Source: Dehalococcoidia bacterium (lineage in GTDB: Bacteria > Chloroflexota > Dehalococcoidia > Bin125). Taken from it: a stretch of DNA of 64,000 nt. The position numbers were made by a program, and so were the translations under genes. The notes under the pieces are model-generated. The model searched no databases and was not told where the DNA came from. It worked only from the letters and a program-made list of their open reading frames with translations. The first letter of the stretch is position 1. Every line of letters starts with the position of its first letter. Positions 30,194 to 41,360 of the stretch are shown here, piece after piece. The stretch lies in the NCBI GenBank assembly GCA_963663895.2, contig CAXXRD010000002.1:384001-448000 (forward strand), in the 5' to 3' direction.

Positions 30194-31484
30194 ATGGGGC
30201 TCACTCGCGGTCGCAGCGTGCAGCCGATCTACTACGGCTGGTGGGTGGTGGTGGGCGCGTTGGCGGCGACGGCGCTGTTCGGCGGGTTGTACACGTGGTC
30301 GTTCGGGCTGTACTTCGCTCCGGTCGAGACGGCGTTCGGGTGGACGCGCACGGAAGTGTCGCTGGGGGTGTCGATCGCGCTGCTGGCGGCAGGGGCCGCG
30401 TCCCCATTCGTCGGACGGCTGACGGATCGGCGGGGACCGCGGCTGGTGGTGCTGATCGGAGCGCTGCTGGGCGCCGGAGGGATGGCGCTGCTATCGACGG
30501 CGAGCGCGCTCTGGCACTGGTACCTGTATTCGGGGCTAATGGGGATCGCGGTGGCGATGGCGTTCTTCATTGGGCTGCAGGCGCTGGCGGCGAGTTGGTT
30601 CCAGCAGCGGCGGGGGAAAGCGCTGGGGCTGCTGGGGCTGGGGGTGTCGCTGGGCGGGTTCGCGCTGGTCCCGGCCGTACGGCTGATGATCGACACGCTG
30701 GGGTGGGAGGGATCGCTGCAACTGTCGGCGGGACTGGTGCTGGCGCTGTACTTGCCGCTGGCGTTCTTCGTGTTCCGGGACGGGCCTGCGCGGCAGGCGG
30801 ACGGATCGCATCCGGACGCCCCGGCCGCGGCAGCGGGCGCGCGGCCAGCGGCGGAAGGCGTATCGCTGCGGGCGGCGCTGCGGACGCCGATCTTCTGGAC
30901 GCTGACGCTGGGGATCTCACTGTACTTCTACGCGGCGTTCGGGCTGGTGGTGCACTCGGTGCCGTTCTTCGAGGACGAGGGGTTCAATGCGTCGGAGGCG
31001 GCGGGATTTCTGTCGGCGATGGCGGGAGTGAGCATCCTCTCGCGGATCGTGCTGGCGGCGACGGTGGACCGGGCGCGGCGGTTCGAGCGGGTGGCGATGC
31101 TGCTGGCGGTGAGCGGGATGATCACGCTGGGGCTGCTGCTGATCGGGACCTCTCCAGGGGTCATCGTGGTGTTCGTGCTGTTCTGGTCGATCGCGGACAC
31201 GGGACCGGCGGCTGATCGAGCCGCTGTCGCTGTCGCGGGCGTTCGGAGCCGCGCACTTCGGGTCGATCTTGGGAGCGGTGAGTGTGGTGCGGACGGTGGC
31301 AATGCTGGCATCGGCGGGAGTGGCGGGGGCGATCTTCGACGGAACGGGATCGTATACGTGGGCACTCGTGATGTTCTTGGGAGCGTACGGCGGGGCGCTG
31401 GTCTTCTTCTTGGCGTCATTGCGGCTGCCGCGCCCGATCGACCTGGCGGCCCCGCGCCCTGCCTTGGCCGGAGGCAGCGACTAG
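30194..31484 (+). CDS. MFS transporter (one +1 frameshift near 31210)
   Basis: YYGWWVV, GRLTDRRGPR, WFQQRRGKALG. The reading continues in another frame as LIEPLSLSRAFGAAHFGSILGAVSVVRT to TAG 31484. Confidence 0.85.
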
Positions 31485-31523
31485 CCCGGCGCCACATGAT
31501 CCTGCGGGCGGCAGCGCGAAGCG

Positions 31524-32584
31524 TTAGATCAGATTCTCCTCCGCCCGATGACAGGCGACGTAGTGACCGGGGCGGAGTTCGCGCCATTCGGGATCTTGCT
31601 CGCGGCAGATATCGATGGCGATGGGACAGCGAATGTGGAAGCGGCAGCCGGGAGGGGGATTGAGGGGAGAGGGAATGTCGCCGCTGAGAATGATCCGGTC
31701 GCGCCGGCGCTCAACGGCAGGGTCTGGGATGGGGACGGCGGAGAGGAGGGCTTGGGTGTACGGGTGCAGGGGCTCGCGGTAGAGGATGTCGCTGGGGGCG
31801 AGCTCGACGATCTGCCCGAGGTACATGACGGCGACGCGGTGACTCACGGCGCGGACGACGGCGAGGTCGTGGGAGATGAAGAGGTAGGTGAGGCGGAAGC
31901 GATCCTGGAGCTCTTGGAGGAGATTGATGATCTGGGCCTGGATCGAGACGTCGAGGGCGGAGAGGGGCTCGTCGGCGACGATGAACCAGGGCTCGACGGC
32001 AAGAGCGCGGGCGATGCCGACGCGCTGCCGCTGGCCGCCGGAGAACTCGTGGGGGAAACGGTTGGCGAGCGCGGGGCTGATTCCGACGGTGTCGAGCAAC
32101 TGCGCAACGCGCTGCCGGCGCTGGTGCTTATGGAGGCCGTGGATCGTGAGGGCTTCGGCGACGATGCCGCCGACGGTCATGCGGGGATTGAGAGAGGCGT
32201 AGGGATCTTGGAAGATCATCTGGATGCGGCGGCGGACTTGGCGGAGGCGGCGGCCGCGGAGCGTGGTGAGGTCGACGGATCCTTCGGCAAGGGCTGGAAT
32301 GCCGTCTTCGTCGCCGGCGGGGCGGGGGTGGAGCCAGACGTGGCCGGCGGTGGGCCGGTAGAGCTGGAGGATGGCGCGGCCGGCGGTCGTTTTACCACAG
32401 CCCGACTCGCCGACGAGGCCGAAGGTCTCGCCGTCGTGGATGGTGAAGGAGAGGCCGTCGACGGCCTTGACGGCGGCGACCTGTCGTTGGATGAGGATGC
32501 CGCGCCTGACGGGGAAGTGGAGCTGAAGGTTTTGCACCTCTACCAAGGGGCGGCCGGGGAGCGGTGGGGCAGGATCGGGCATCG

Positions 32585-32588
<4 letters not shown>
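31524..32588 (-). CDS. oppF: Oligopeptide/dipeptide ABC transporter ATP-binding subunit
   Basis: [44 protein letters not shown]. Confidence 0.92.
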
Positions 32589-33628
<1,040 letters not shown>

Positions 33629-33885
33629 GGGGCGCTCGTTTCCTGCGATCAGAGGCGATCGTATATCACGGGACCTACCGCACGCGGAGCGAGGCGCCAG
33701 CCCGAACTGTCGCAGAGCGACGCGAGCGAGGAGGGCTTGTTTGTTGTCGTTCGATGTGGCCGGCAACGCTGAACGATTGGGAGGGATCGCTCTCGACGGC
33801 TCCTGTGAGACTCGACGCATCTGCTAGCGTCACGGCGTGCCGCAGCGGGCGGGGTGCGCGGCGCTAGCGCGATGGAGGAGAGGCG

Positions 33886-34650
33886 ATGCAGTTGAGCGAA
33901 GTGCAGCGGATCGGGGTGTTGGGCGGAGGCGTGATGGGCGGAGGGATCGCGCACGTATGCGCGGTTGCGGGCTACGACGTGCTGGTGCGGGATCTGAACG
34001 AGACGCTGATCGCCGCGACACGGGAAACGGTGTTCGACGGGAAGTGGGGGATCAAGCGGGCGGTGGAGCGAGGGAAGCTGGATTTCGACGAGGGGCTGGC
34101 AGCGATGGGTCGGGATCTCGTTCACGATGGAGACAGCGGATCTGGCGGAGAGCGATATCGTGATCGAGGCGATCCCGGAGGAGCTGGAGCTGAAGCAGGA
34201 GATGTTCAAAGAGCTGGACGGGATCGTGAAGCCGGAGGCGATCTTCGCGTCGAACACGTCCGGGTTCGTGATCGGAGAGATCGCGCGGGACGTCTCGGCG
34301 GCGCGGAAGACGCGGTTCGCGGGGATGCACTTCTCCAACCCGGTGGCCGGTGGATGAAGATGTGTGAAGTGATCTTATAACCACTGAGACCCGACAGTCG
34401 GCGGAGACGGTGGCGACGGTACGGGATCTGGGTGAGAAGGTGGGGAAGGACGTGAGCATGGTGAAGGACACGCCGGAGACGTACGGGTTCCTTTTAAACC
34501 GGATTTTCGCCGCGGCGCGGCGAGAGGGGCACCAGATCGTGGAGGAAGGGATCGCGACGCCGGAGGACGTGGACAAGGCGATGAATCGGCGGCCGAAACT
34601 GGCCGCCGGGGTTCTTCGGGTCGCGGGGCGGGATCGGTAGGCAATGGTAG
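33886..34650 (+). CDS. 3-hydroxyacyl-CoA dehydrogenase family protein (several frameshifts)
   Basis: GGGVMGGGIA, VIEAIPEELELK, FASNTSG, GMHFSNP, GFLLNRI, EGIATPEDVDKAM recovered across frames. Confidence 0.85.
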
Positions 34651-36354
34651 GAACAACAGCGGCCGGGCCGGCAGTGGCGAAACCGGGAGCGAGCGCCTGG
34701 ATCGAGAAGCGCACGGTCGGGGCCCAGGTAAACTGGGCGGCTGGGCAGTGGGGGGAGCGAGAGGCACTCACGTTCGTCGATGGAAGCGCAGTGCGCCGAT
34801 GGACGTTCGCGGAGGCTGCGGGGGGATGTAGACCGGGCGGCCAAGGCCTTGTTGCAAGCCGGCGTGGGGCCGGGCGAGACGGTCGCGCTGTGGCTGAACA
34901 ACCGGCCGGAGTGGCTGCACATCCTGTTCGCGGTCGCCAAGGTCGGGGAAACGCTGGTCCCAGTGAACACGCGGTTCCGGACAAGTGATCTGGCATATGT
35001 GCTGCGGCATTCGGACGCGACGACGCTGATCACGGCGGACGTGTCGGGTCCCGGTGCGGTACATCGACATGGTGCGGGAGCTGACGGGAACGGGGACGGA
35101 CGCGCGGGGCGCTGGCGGTGGAGGAGTTCCCGGCCTTGCGCCGAGTGATCGTGCTGAGCGATCAGGCATACGCGGGGACGCTGCGGTGGGAATCGCTGCT
35201 GGCGGAGGGCGCAGGGGCAGAGCGGGACCGGGAGCTGCGGGAGCGCGAGGCGGCGGTCGATCCGGAGGGAACGTTGTTCGTGCTGTATACGTCGGGGACG
35301 ACGGGGTTCCCGAAAGGGGTGATGCACAATCACGACATCCTGCGGTTGGTCGGCGACCACGCGAACCGCATGGCGGTGCGGCCGAGCGACGTGATCTTGA
35401 TGTACCTGCCGTTGTTCCACTCATTCGGACTGCACGAGGGGGCGATGATGCCGATCGTGAGCGGGGCGCGGCAGGTGCTGATGGCGCAGTTCGACGCCGG
35501 GGAGGCGCTCCGGCTGATCGCAAGGGAGCGGCCGACGCTCCTGCACGGGTTCGACACGCACTTCCGGGAGATCATGGACCATCCGGGATTGCGAGCGAAA
35601 CGGACCGGTCGAGCGTGCGGACGGGGAATGCTGGCAGCGGGCTTGGCGAGCAGCGAGGCGGTGGCGCGCCGGGCGCAGCGGACGCTGGGAAAGTTCGTGA
35701 GCGCGTGGGGGATGACCGAGATGGGAGCGTCGGTGTCGTTGGGGCTGCAGCTCGACAGCGAAGACGACCGCTGCCTGGCGTCGGGGTCGCCGATGCCGGG
35801 GATGGAGTTCCGGGTCATCGATCCGGCGACGGGGGAGGACGTGCCGCCGGGGCAACCGGGGGAGCTGCTGTTCCGGGGCTACAGCATCATGCAGGGCTAC
35901 TACAAGATGCCGGAGCAGACGGCGGGCGGCGTTCGATACGGAAGGATGGTTCCACAGCGGGGACACGGCCTCAATGCGGGCGGATGGGACGATCCGGTTC
36001 CTGGGGCGCTATAAGGACATGCTGAAAGTGGGCGGGGAGAACGTGGACCCGGCGGAGGTGGAGGCGCGGTTGCTGCAACACCCGGTCGTGCAGCAGGCGG
36101 TGGTCGTAGGAGTACCGGATACGCGACTTTCGGAGGTGGCCTGCGCCTACGTGGTGTTGGAGGCGGGAGCTTCGGCGAGCGCCGAGGATCTGGTGGGGGA
36201 CTGGCGCGGAAGCATCGCGAGCTTCAAGATCCCGCGGCACGTCCTGTTCCTGGACGAGTTGCCGATGACGCCGACGGGGAAGGTCCAAAAATTCAAGTTG
36301 CGGGAGATGGCGGTGCAAGAGCTGGGACTCGAGGAGGAAGCGAGTCATGGCTGA
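34644..36354 (+). CDS. AMP-forming acyl-CoA synthetase (several frameshifts)
   Basis: YTSGTTGFPKG, WGMTE, GWFHSGD, GRYKDMLKVGGENV, TPTGKVQKF across frames. Confidence 0.87.
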
Positions 36355-36697
36355 GGAGGCGAAGGCAGTGGTGGAGCAGTGGCTGGCGGCGTGGAACCGG
36401 AAGGATCTGGCGACGATGCGGCGACTGCTGGCGGACGATCTCCTGTTCGAAGGGGCGATGGACCGGTTCACGAGCGGAGACGCGTATCACGCGTTGATGG
36501 GCAAGCTGACGAAGGCGGTGACGGAGGTGAAACCGCTGAAGGTGTGGGCGGATGGGCGCGACGCGGCGGCGTTCTACGATCTCTCGATGTCGAAGCCGGC
36601 GGGGACGTATCCGATCGCGGAGTGGTTCGAGGTGGAGGATGGAAAGATCCGCCGGGTGCATTCGGTGTTCGACGCGCGGCCGTTCGTAGGGGGATAG
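36347..36697 (+). CDS. SnoaL-like NTF2 protein
   Basis: WLAAWNRKD...LADDLLFEG...EWFEVEDGKI...FDARPF. Confidence 0.85.
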   Translation: MAEEAKAVVEQWLAAWNRKDLATMRRLLADDLLFEGAMDRFTSGDAYHALMGKLTKAVTEVKPLKVWADGRDAAAFYDLSMSKPAGTYPIAEWFEVEDGKIRRVHSVFDARPFVGG

Positions 36698-36785
36698 GCC
36701 ACAGTCTGCCGCCGTCCGCTCAATGGTCGGCGAGCACGGCGTGCCGGGCTTGGCGGCGGCGGAGCCGATTGCGGCCGCCCGGCTG

Positions 36786-37610
36786 CTAGACCGAGACGGT
36801 TTTCCACTTCGTCGTATCAATGCTGGCGATCGTGCGTTTGAGATCGCGGGCGCCGGTGAGCATCATGGTGATATCGAGGCTCAGCAGGATCATCTGCGCC
36901 CCCATATCGATGTACTTCTGCCCGATCTCGTTGTTCCAGGCATGGGCGGCGACGAAGAGGCCGCGGTCGCGGGCAGCCCGGATGATGCGCTCCATCCATT
37001 GCTGGGTCTCCTCGGCGGGGGTGCCGTAGCGGGCGATGCCAAGATCGGTGGCGATGTCCCAGCCGCCGGGGAGGACGCCGTCAATGCTTTCGGCGGCGAG
37101 GATCTCCTCCGGCGGTTCGACCGTCTTGTAGCGCTCGCGGGTGCCGCCGGGAACCTCTTCGATCATGACCATGGCGAGCGTGTTGGCGTTGGCCTCCTCG
37201 CGGTAGGTCTCCCAGGGAGTAAAGCCATATTTGGCGGCGCGGGGGATGGGGACGGAGCTACGGATACCCTGGGGTGGGTAACGGCAGGCGCGGCCAACGG
37301 TTTCGGCCTGCGCCTTGGTGGAGACGTGGGGAGCGAAGACGCCCTGCGCGCCGAAGTTAAGGGCTTTGAGAATGGGAGCCGGACGCGCCTCAATGGGACG
37401 GACCATGGGAGCGATGCCGGCGGCGGCGCAGGCGCGGATGCAAGCCTCGGTCTCGGTGCCGAAGACATCCAGGCCAGCCTCTTCGCAGTCGACGATGACG
37501 AAATCGAAGCCGGCGTAGCCCATCAGCTCGATGATGGATGGATCATTCATGAGGCAGAACATGCCGGTGAGGATCTCGCCGTTCTGGAGCGCCTGCTTAA
37601 GGTTCTTCAT
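36786..37610 (-). CDS. HpcH/HpaI aldolase family protein
   Basis: GFDFVIVDCE, MVRP, ALNFGAQG, CRYPPQGIRS, MIE. Confidence 0.88.
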   Translation of the reverse strand: MKNLKQALQNGEILTGMFCLMNDPSIIELMGYAGFDFVIVDCEEAGLDVFGTETEACIRACAAAGIAPMVRPIEARPAPILKALNFGAQGVFAPHVSTKAQAETVGRACRYPPQGIRSSVPIPRAAKYGFTPWETYREEANANTLAMVMIEEVPGGTRERYKTVEPPEEILAAESIDGVLPGGWDIATDLGIARYGTPAEETQQWMERIIRAARDRGLFVAAHAWNNEIGQKYIDMGAQMILLSLDITMMLTGARDLKRTIASIDTTKWKTVSV

Positions 37611-37619
37611 GGGTGACTC

Positions 37620-38427
37620 CTAGGCGTTCGCGCGCTTGAGCGCGTTGGCGCTCTCCAGAACGGCGGCAGTGTTCTGCTGGAGGATGACGAGGTCGATCCC
37701 CATGAGGATGACTTGGGCGCCCATCTCGATCTGGCGCTCGGCGGATTCGGCGTTCCAGGCAACGGTGGAGAGGCCGATACCGTGCTTCTCGGCAGCTCTG
37801 GCGCAGGCTTTGAAAGCGTCCTCGAGCTGCGGGTCGATCCACTCGCTGTCGGTGCCGTGAAAGTTTCCTGGAGGGACGCCGAGATCGGTGGCGAGATCAA
37901 AGGGGCCGAACTGGAGCATGTCGACGCCGGGGACGGCGGCGATCTGATCAACGTTCCGGGATGCCCTGGGCACTCTCAATGATGGGCATGGCGAGAACCT
38001 CGCGGTTGACGCGCTGCCGGTAGTCGTCCCAGGGCTCGACCCCGTAGCGGGCGGCCCGCGTGACGGGAACGGAGCTGCGGCTGCCGTCCGGGGGGTAGCG
38101 GCACGCGGCGACGGCGACTTGGGCCTCTTCCGGCGTCTGAATGTGCGTGAGCCAGATGCCTTCAGCCCCGAAATTGAGGGCTTTGAGGATGGCGCCGGGA
38201 CGCGGCTCAGTGGGGCGGACGATGGCGGGAATGCCGGCGGCGGCGGCGGCGCGGATCATCGCTTCGAGCTCGGTGCCGTAGGGGCTGGTGGGAGCGTGCT
38301 CGGTGTCGATGAAGAGGACGTCGAATCCGATGTGGCCGAAGATTTCGATGACCACGGGGCTGCCGATGAGCGCCATCGGGCCGATCAGGATATCTCCGCG
38401 GTCGATACGAGCGCGCAAGCTGGGCAT
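37620..38427 (-). CDS. HpcH/HpaI aldolase family protein (one +1 frameshift near 37960)
   Basis: GFDVLFIDTEH, CRYPPDGSRS, IIES, then in the next frame NVDQIAAVPGVDMLQFGPFDL. Confidence 0.87.
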
Positions 38428-38519
38428 GGGAATGGCTCCCTCCGAGTATCGCAGGGGCATTCTGGAGGTAACAGGAGGGGGAGACAAGGGGAGCGTGGAG
38501 GTCCAGTAGCATTGCAGGC

Positions 38520-39557
38520 ATGCTGATCGATATGCACCACCACTACATCCCGGAGCGGTACCTGGAGTTGGTGCGCCGGGACGGGGAGCGGTGGCAGGCG
38601 GTGTTCTACCACGACGAGGCGCGGGGCAAGGACAGCGTGGTGCCGGGGATGACGGTGCCGCCGCCGGTGGACGCCGTCGCGCGCGGGATCTTTTGGATGG
38701 AACCGGGAATGCACGACGTGCCGACGCGGCTGGAAGAGATGGACGCGCTGAGGATCGACATGGCGGCGCTCTCGATCTCCCCGTTGCTCTACTACTACTT
38801 CGCGGAGCCGGAGCTGGGAGAGGAAGTGTGCCAGCTGCTGAACGACGAGATCCACGCGGTGGCGCAATCGGAGCCGGAGCGATTCGTCCCGATGGGAGCG
38901 GTGCCGCTGCAAGACGTGGGCCGGGCGATCACGGAGATGGAGCGGGTGGTGCGGGAGTACGGCTTCACGGCGGTGGAGATTGGGGGGAGTGTCGAGGGAA
39001 GGCACTACGACGAGCCCGCGTTCGAGCCATTCTTCCGCCGGGCGGCCGAGCTGGACTTACTGATCTTTATCCATCCCGGGATCAACCCGATGCCGGAGCG
39101 GCTGCAGCGCTACCACACGGGGAACGTGATTGGATTTCCGGTGGAGAGCGGCGTCTGCGCGGCAGCGCTGATCTATGGAGGGGTGCTGGCGCGATACCCC
39201 ACCCTCAAGATCTGCTTCGCGCATGGAGGAGGGATCGTGCCGGGGTTAATCGGACGGTGGGACCACGGCTGGGAAGTGCGCGCGGAGTCACAGCAGCGGA
39301 TCGAACGGCCGCCGAGCGCGTACTTTCAGCAGCTGTACTTCGACAATTTGGTGCACAGTGACGCGGTGCTGGGGGCGTTGCTCTCGATCGCCTCGCCAGA
39401 GCGGGTGGTGGTAGGGACGGACTACCCCTACGACATGGGGGAGCGACAGCCGAGGGCGGTGCTGGAGCGGGCGGAGGCAGCGGGACGGCTGACGCCGGCA
39501 CAGCGAGAGGCGGTGTCCTACCGGACGGCGGCACGGCTGCTGCGGATCCCGGTATAG
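38520..39557 (+). CDS. Amidohydrolase-2 family metallo-decarboxylase/hydratase (ACMSD-like)
   Basis: IDMHHH, FIHP, AHGGG, GTDYPYD. Confidence 0.9.
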   Translation: MLIDMHHHYIPERYLELVRRDGERWQAVFYHDEARGKDSVVPGMTVPPPVDAVARGIFWMEPGMHDVPTRLEEMDALRIDMAALSISPLLYYYFAEPELGEEVCQLLNDEIHAVAQSEPERFVPMGAVPLQDVGRAITEMERVVREYGFTAVEIGGSVEGRHYDEPAFEPFFRRAAELDLLIFIHPGINPMPERLQRYHTGNVIGFPVESGVCAAALIYGGVLARYPTLKICFAHGGGIVPGLIGRWDHGWEVRAESQQRIERPPSAYFQQLYFDNLVHSDAVLGALLSIASPERVVVGTDYPYDMGERQPRAVLERAEAAGRLTPAQREAVSYRTAARLLRIPV

Positions 39558-39615
39558 AAGCGTCCGCGTTCTGTATGATCCGGACCGCGAAGGTTTCCAA
39601 GGGAAGGGCCACCTA

Positions 39616-40860
39616 ATGGTCAAGGTCATTCTGCAGATCTATCCGATGGTGCGAGCGGAGGATGAGGCGGAGCGGAAAGCGCTGCGGCCGATCGGCCGCA
39701 ATGTGGAGCGTTATCACGAGGCGCTGCACGGGTCGTTCGAGCTGGCGAAGGCGGCGGATCAGCTGGGGGTGTGGGGGATGGCGTCGATCGAGCATCACTT
39801 TCACTCGGAGGGCTACGAGGTGGGGCCGAGCCCAGGGACGTTCAACGCGTACTGGGCCGCGATCACGCAACGGCTGCGGGTGGGACAGCTGGGCTACGTG
39901 ATGAGTACGCAGCATCCGATCCGGATCGCGGAGGAGACGGCGATCTTGGATCACATGACGAAGGGGCGGTTCTTCGTCGGGTTCGCACGGGGGTACCAAG
40001 ACCGCTGGACGAACGTGGTCGGGCAGCACCTCGGGTCGCGGGCAACGCATTCGGACGGGAGTGCGGATGATCTGATCAACCGCGACATCTTCCGCGAGCA
40101 AGTGGAGATGGTGATTAAGGCGTGGACGGAGGAGAGCATCGAGCACAACTCGAAGCTGTGGCAGGTGCCGTACCCGTACACGGATGGCATCGACTGGTGG
40201 ATGGCGCGGAGCACGAAGCATCTGGGGGCGCCGGGCGAGATCGGAGAGGACGGACGGGTGCACCGGGTGAGCGTGGTGCCGGCGCCCTATACGCAGCCGC
40301 ACCCGCCGATCTTCGTGCCGAGCTCCGGGAGCGCGGAGTCGGTGGAGTACTGCGGCAGGATGGGTTTCAACTGCATCCACGTGGTAGCGGGGCAGCGAGC
40401 GATGGAGCAGGCGCCGCGCTACGCACAGGCGGCAGCCGCAGCGGGCCGCCCGCTGGCGCTGGGACAGATGCAGGGGATCCAGCGCTACCTCCAGATCGGG
40501 GAGACGCGCGAGGCGGCGCGGGAGGCGCTGGCCAAGTACGACGCCGATATCTACAAGAACTTTTGGAACCTGCTGTACGAGCGAGTCGTCGACAAACGGG
40601 TGACGCTGCCGGAGAACCCGACGGTCGAGCAGATCGTGGACGAGATCGAGCAAGCGGACGCGTTCGTGACGGGAACGGTGGACGATGTGCGCGATCAACT
40701 GGTGGAGGAGTGGAAGCAGGTGCCGTTCGAGTACTTGGTAGCGACGTGGCACTATGCGCAGCAGCCGCTGGAGTCCACGATCGAGCAGCTGCAGCTGGTG
40801 ATGACGGAGATCAAGCCCGCGCTGGACGAGCTTACGCAGTACGAGCAGGCACCGGCGTAG
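39616..40860 (+). CDS. LLM-class flavin-dependent monooxygenase
   Basis: [40 protein letters not shown]. Confidence 0.9.
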   Translation: MVKVILQIYPMVRAEDEAERKALRPIGRNVERYHEALHGSFELAKAADQLGVWGMASIEHHFHSEGYEVGPSPGTFNAYWAAITQRLRVGQLGYVMSTQHPIRIAEETAILDHMTKGRFFVGFARGYQDRWTNVVGQHLGSRATHSDGSADDLINRDIFREQVEMVIKAWTEESIEHNSKLWQVPYPYTDGIDWWMARSTKHLGAPGEIGEDGRVHRVSVVPAPYTQPHPPIFVPSSGSAESVEYCGRMGFNCIHVVAGQRAMEQAPRYAQAAAAAGRPLALGQMQGIQRYLQIGETREAAREALAKYDADIYKNFWNLLYERVVDKRVTLPENPTVEQIVDEIEQADAFVTGTVDDVRDQLVEEWKQVPFEYLVATWHYAQQPLESTIEQLQLVMTEIKPALDELTQYEQAPA

Positions 40861-40879
40861 GCGAAGCGGGAGGGGCGGT

Positions 40880-41350
40880 GTGAGCGAGAGGGTACCCGTC
40901 GAGGTCAGGGTCAATGGGGAGCCGTGCAGCGCGGTGGTAGAGCCGCGTTTGTTGCTGGTGCACTTCCTGCGTGAAGAGTTGGGCCTGACGGGGACGCACG
41001 TGGGCTGTGACACGAGCCAGTGCGGGGCCTGCACCGTCCTGATCGACGGGCGCAGCGCAAAGTCCTGCACGGTGTTCGCGGTCCAGGCGGCGGGCAGCGC
41101 GGTCACCACGATCGAGGGATTGGCGGAGGGGGAGGCGCTGCACCCGCTCCAGGAGGGATTCTGGGAGGAGCACGGGCTGCAGTGCGGCTACTGCACGCCG
41201 GGAATGATCATGGCGGCTGCTTCACTGCTGAAGGAGAACCCCGATCCCAGCGAGGCGGAGATCCGGAGCGGCTTGGACGGGAACCTGTGTCGCTGCACGG
41301 GATATCAGCACATCGTGAACGCGATCGCGCGTGCCGCGCAGCAAGGGTGA
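40880..41350 (+). CDS. Xanthine-oxidase-family 2Fe-2S subunit (CoxS-like)
   Basis: [30 protein letters not shown]. Confidence 0.95.
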   Translation: MSERVPVEVRVNGEPCSAVVEPRLLLVHFLREELGLTGTHVGCDTSQCGACTVLIDGRSAKSCTVFAVQAAGSAVTTIEGLAEGEALHPLQEGFWEEHGLQCGYCTPGMIMAAASLLKENPDPSEAEIRSGLDGNLCRCTGYQHIVNAIARAAQQG

Positions 41351-41360
41351 GGCGGGCCCG

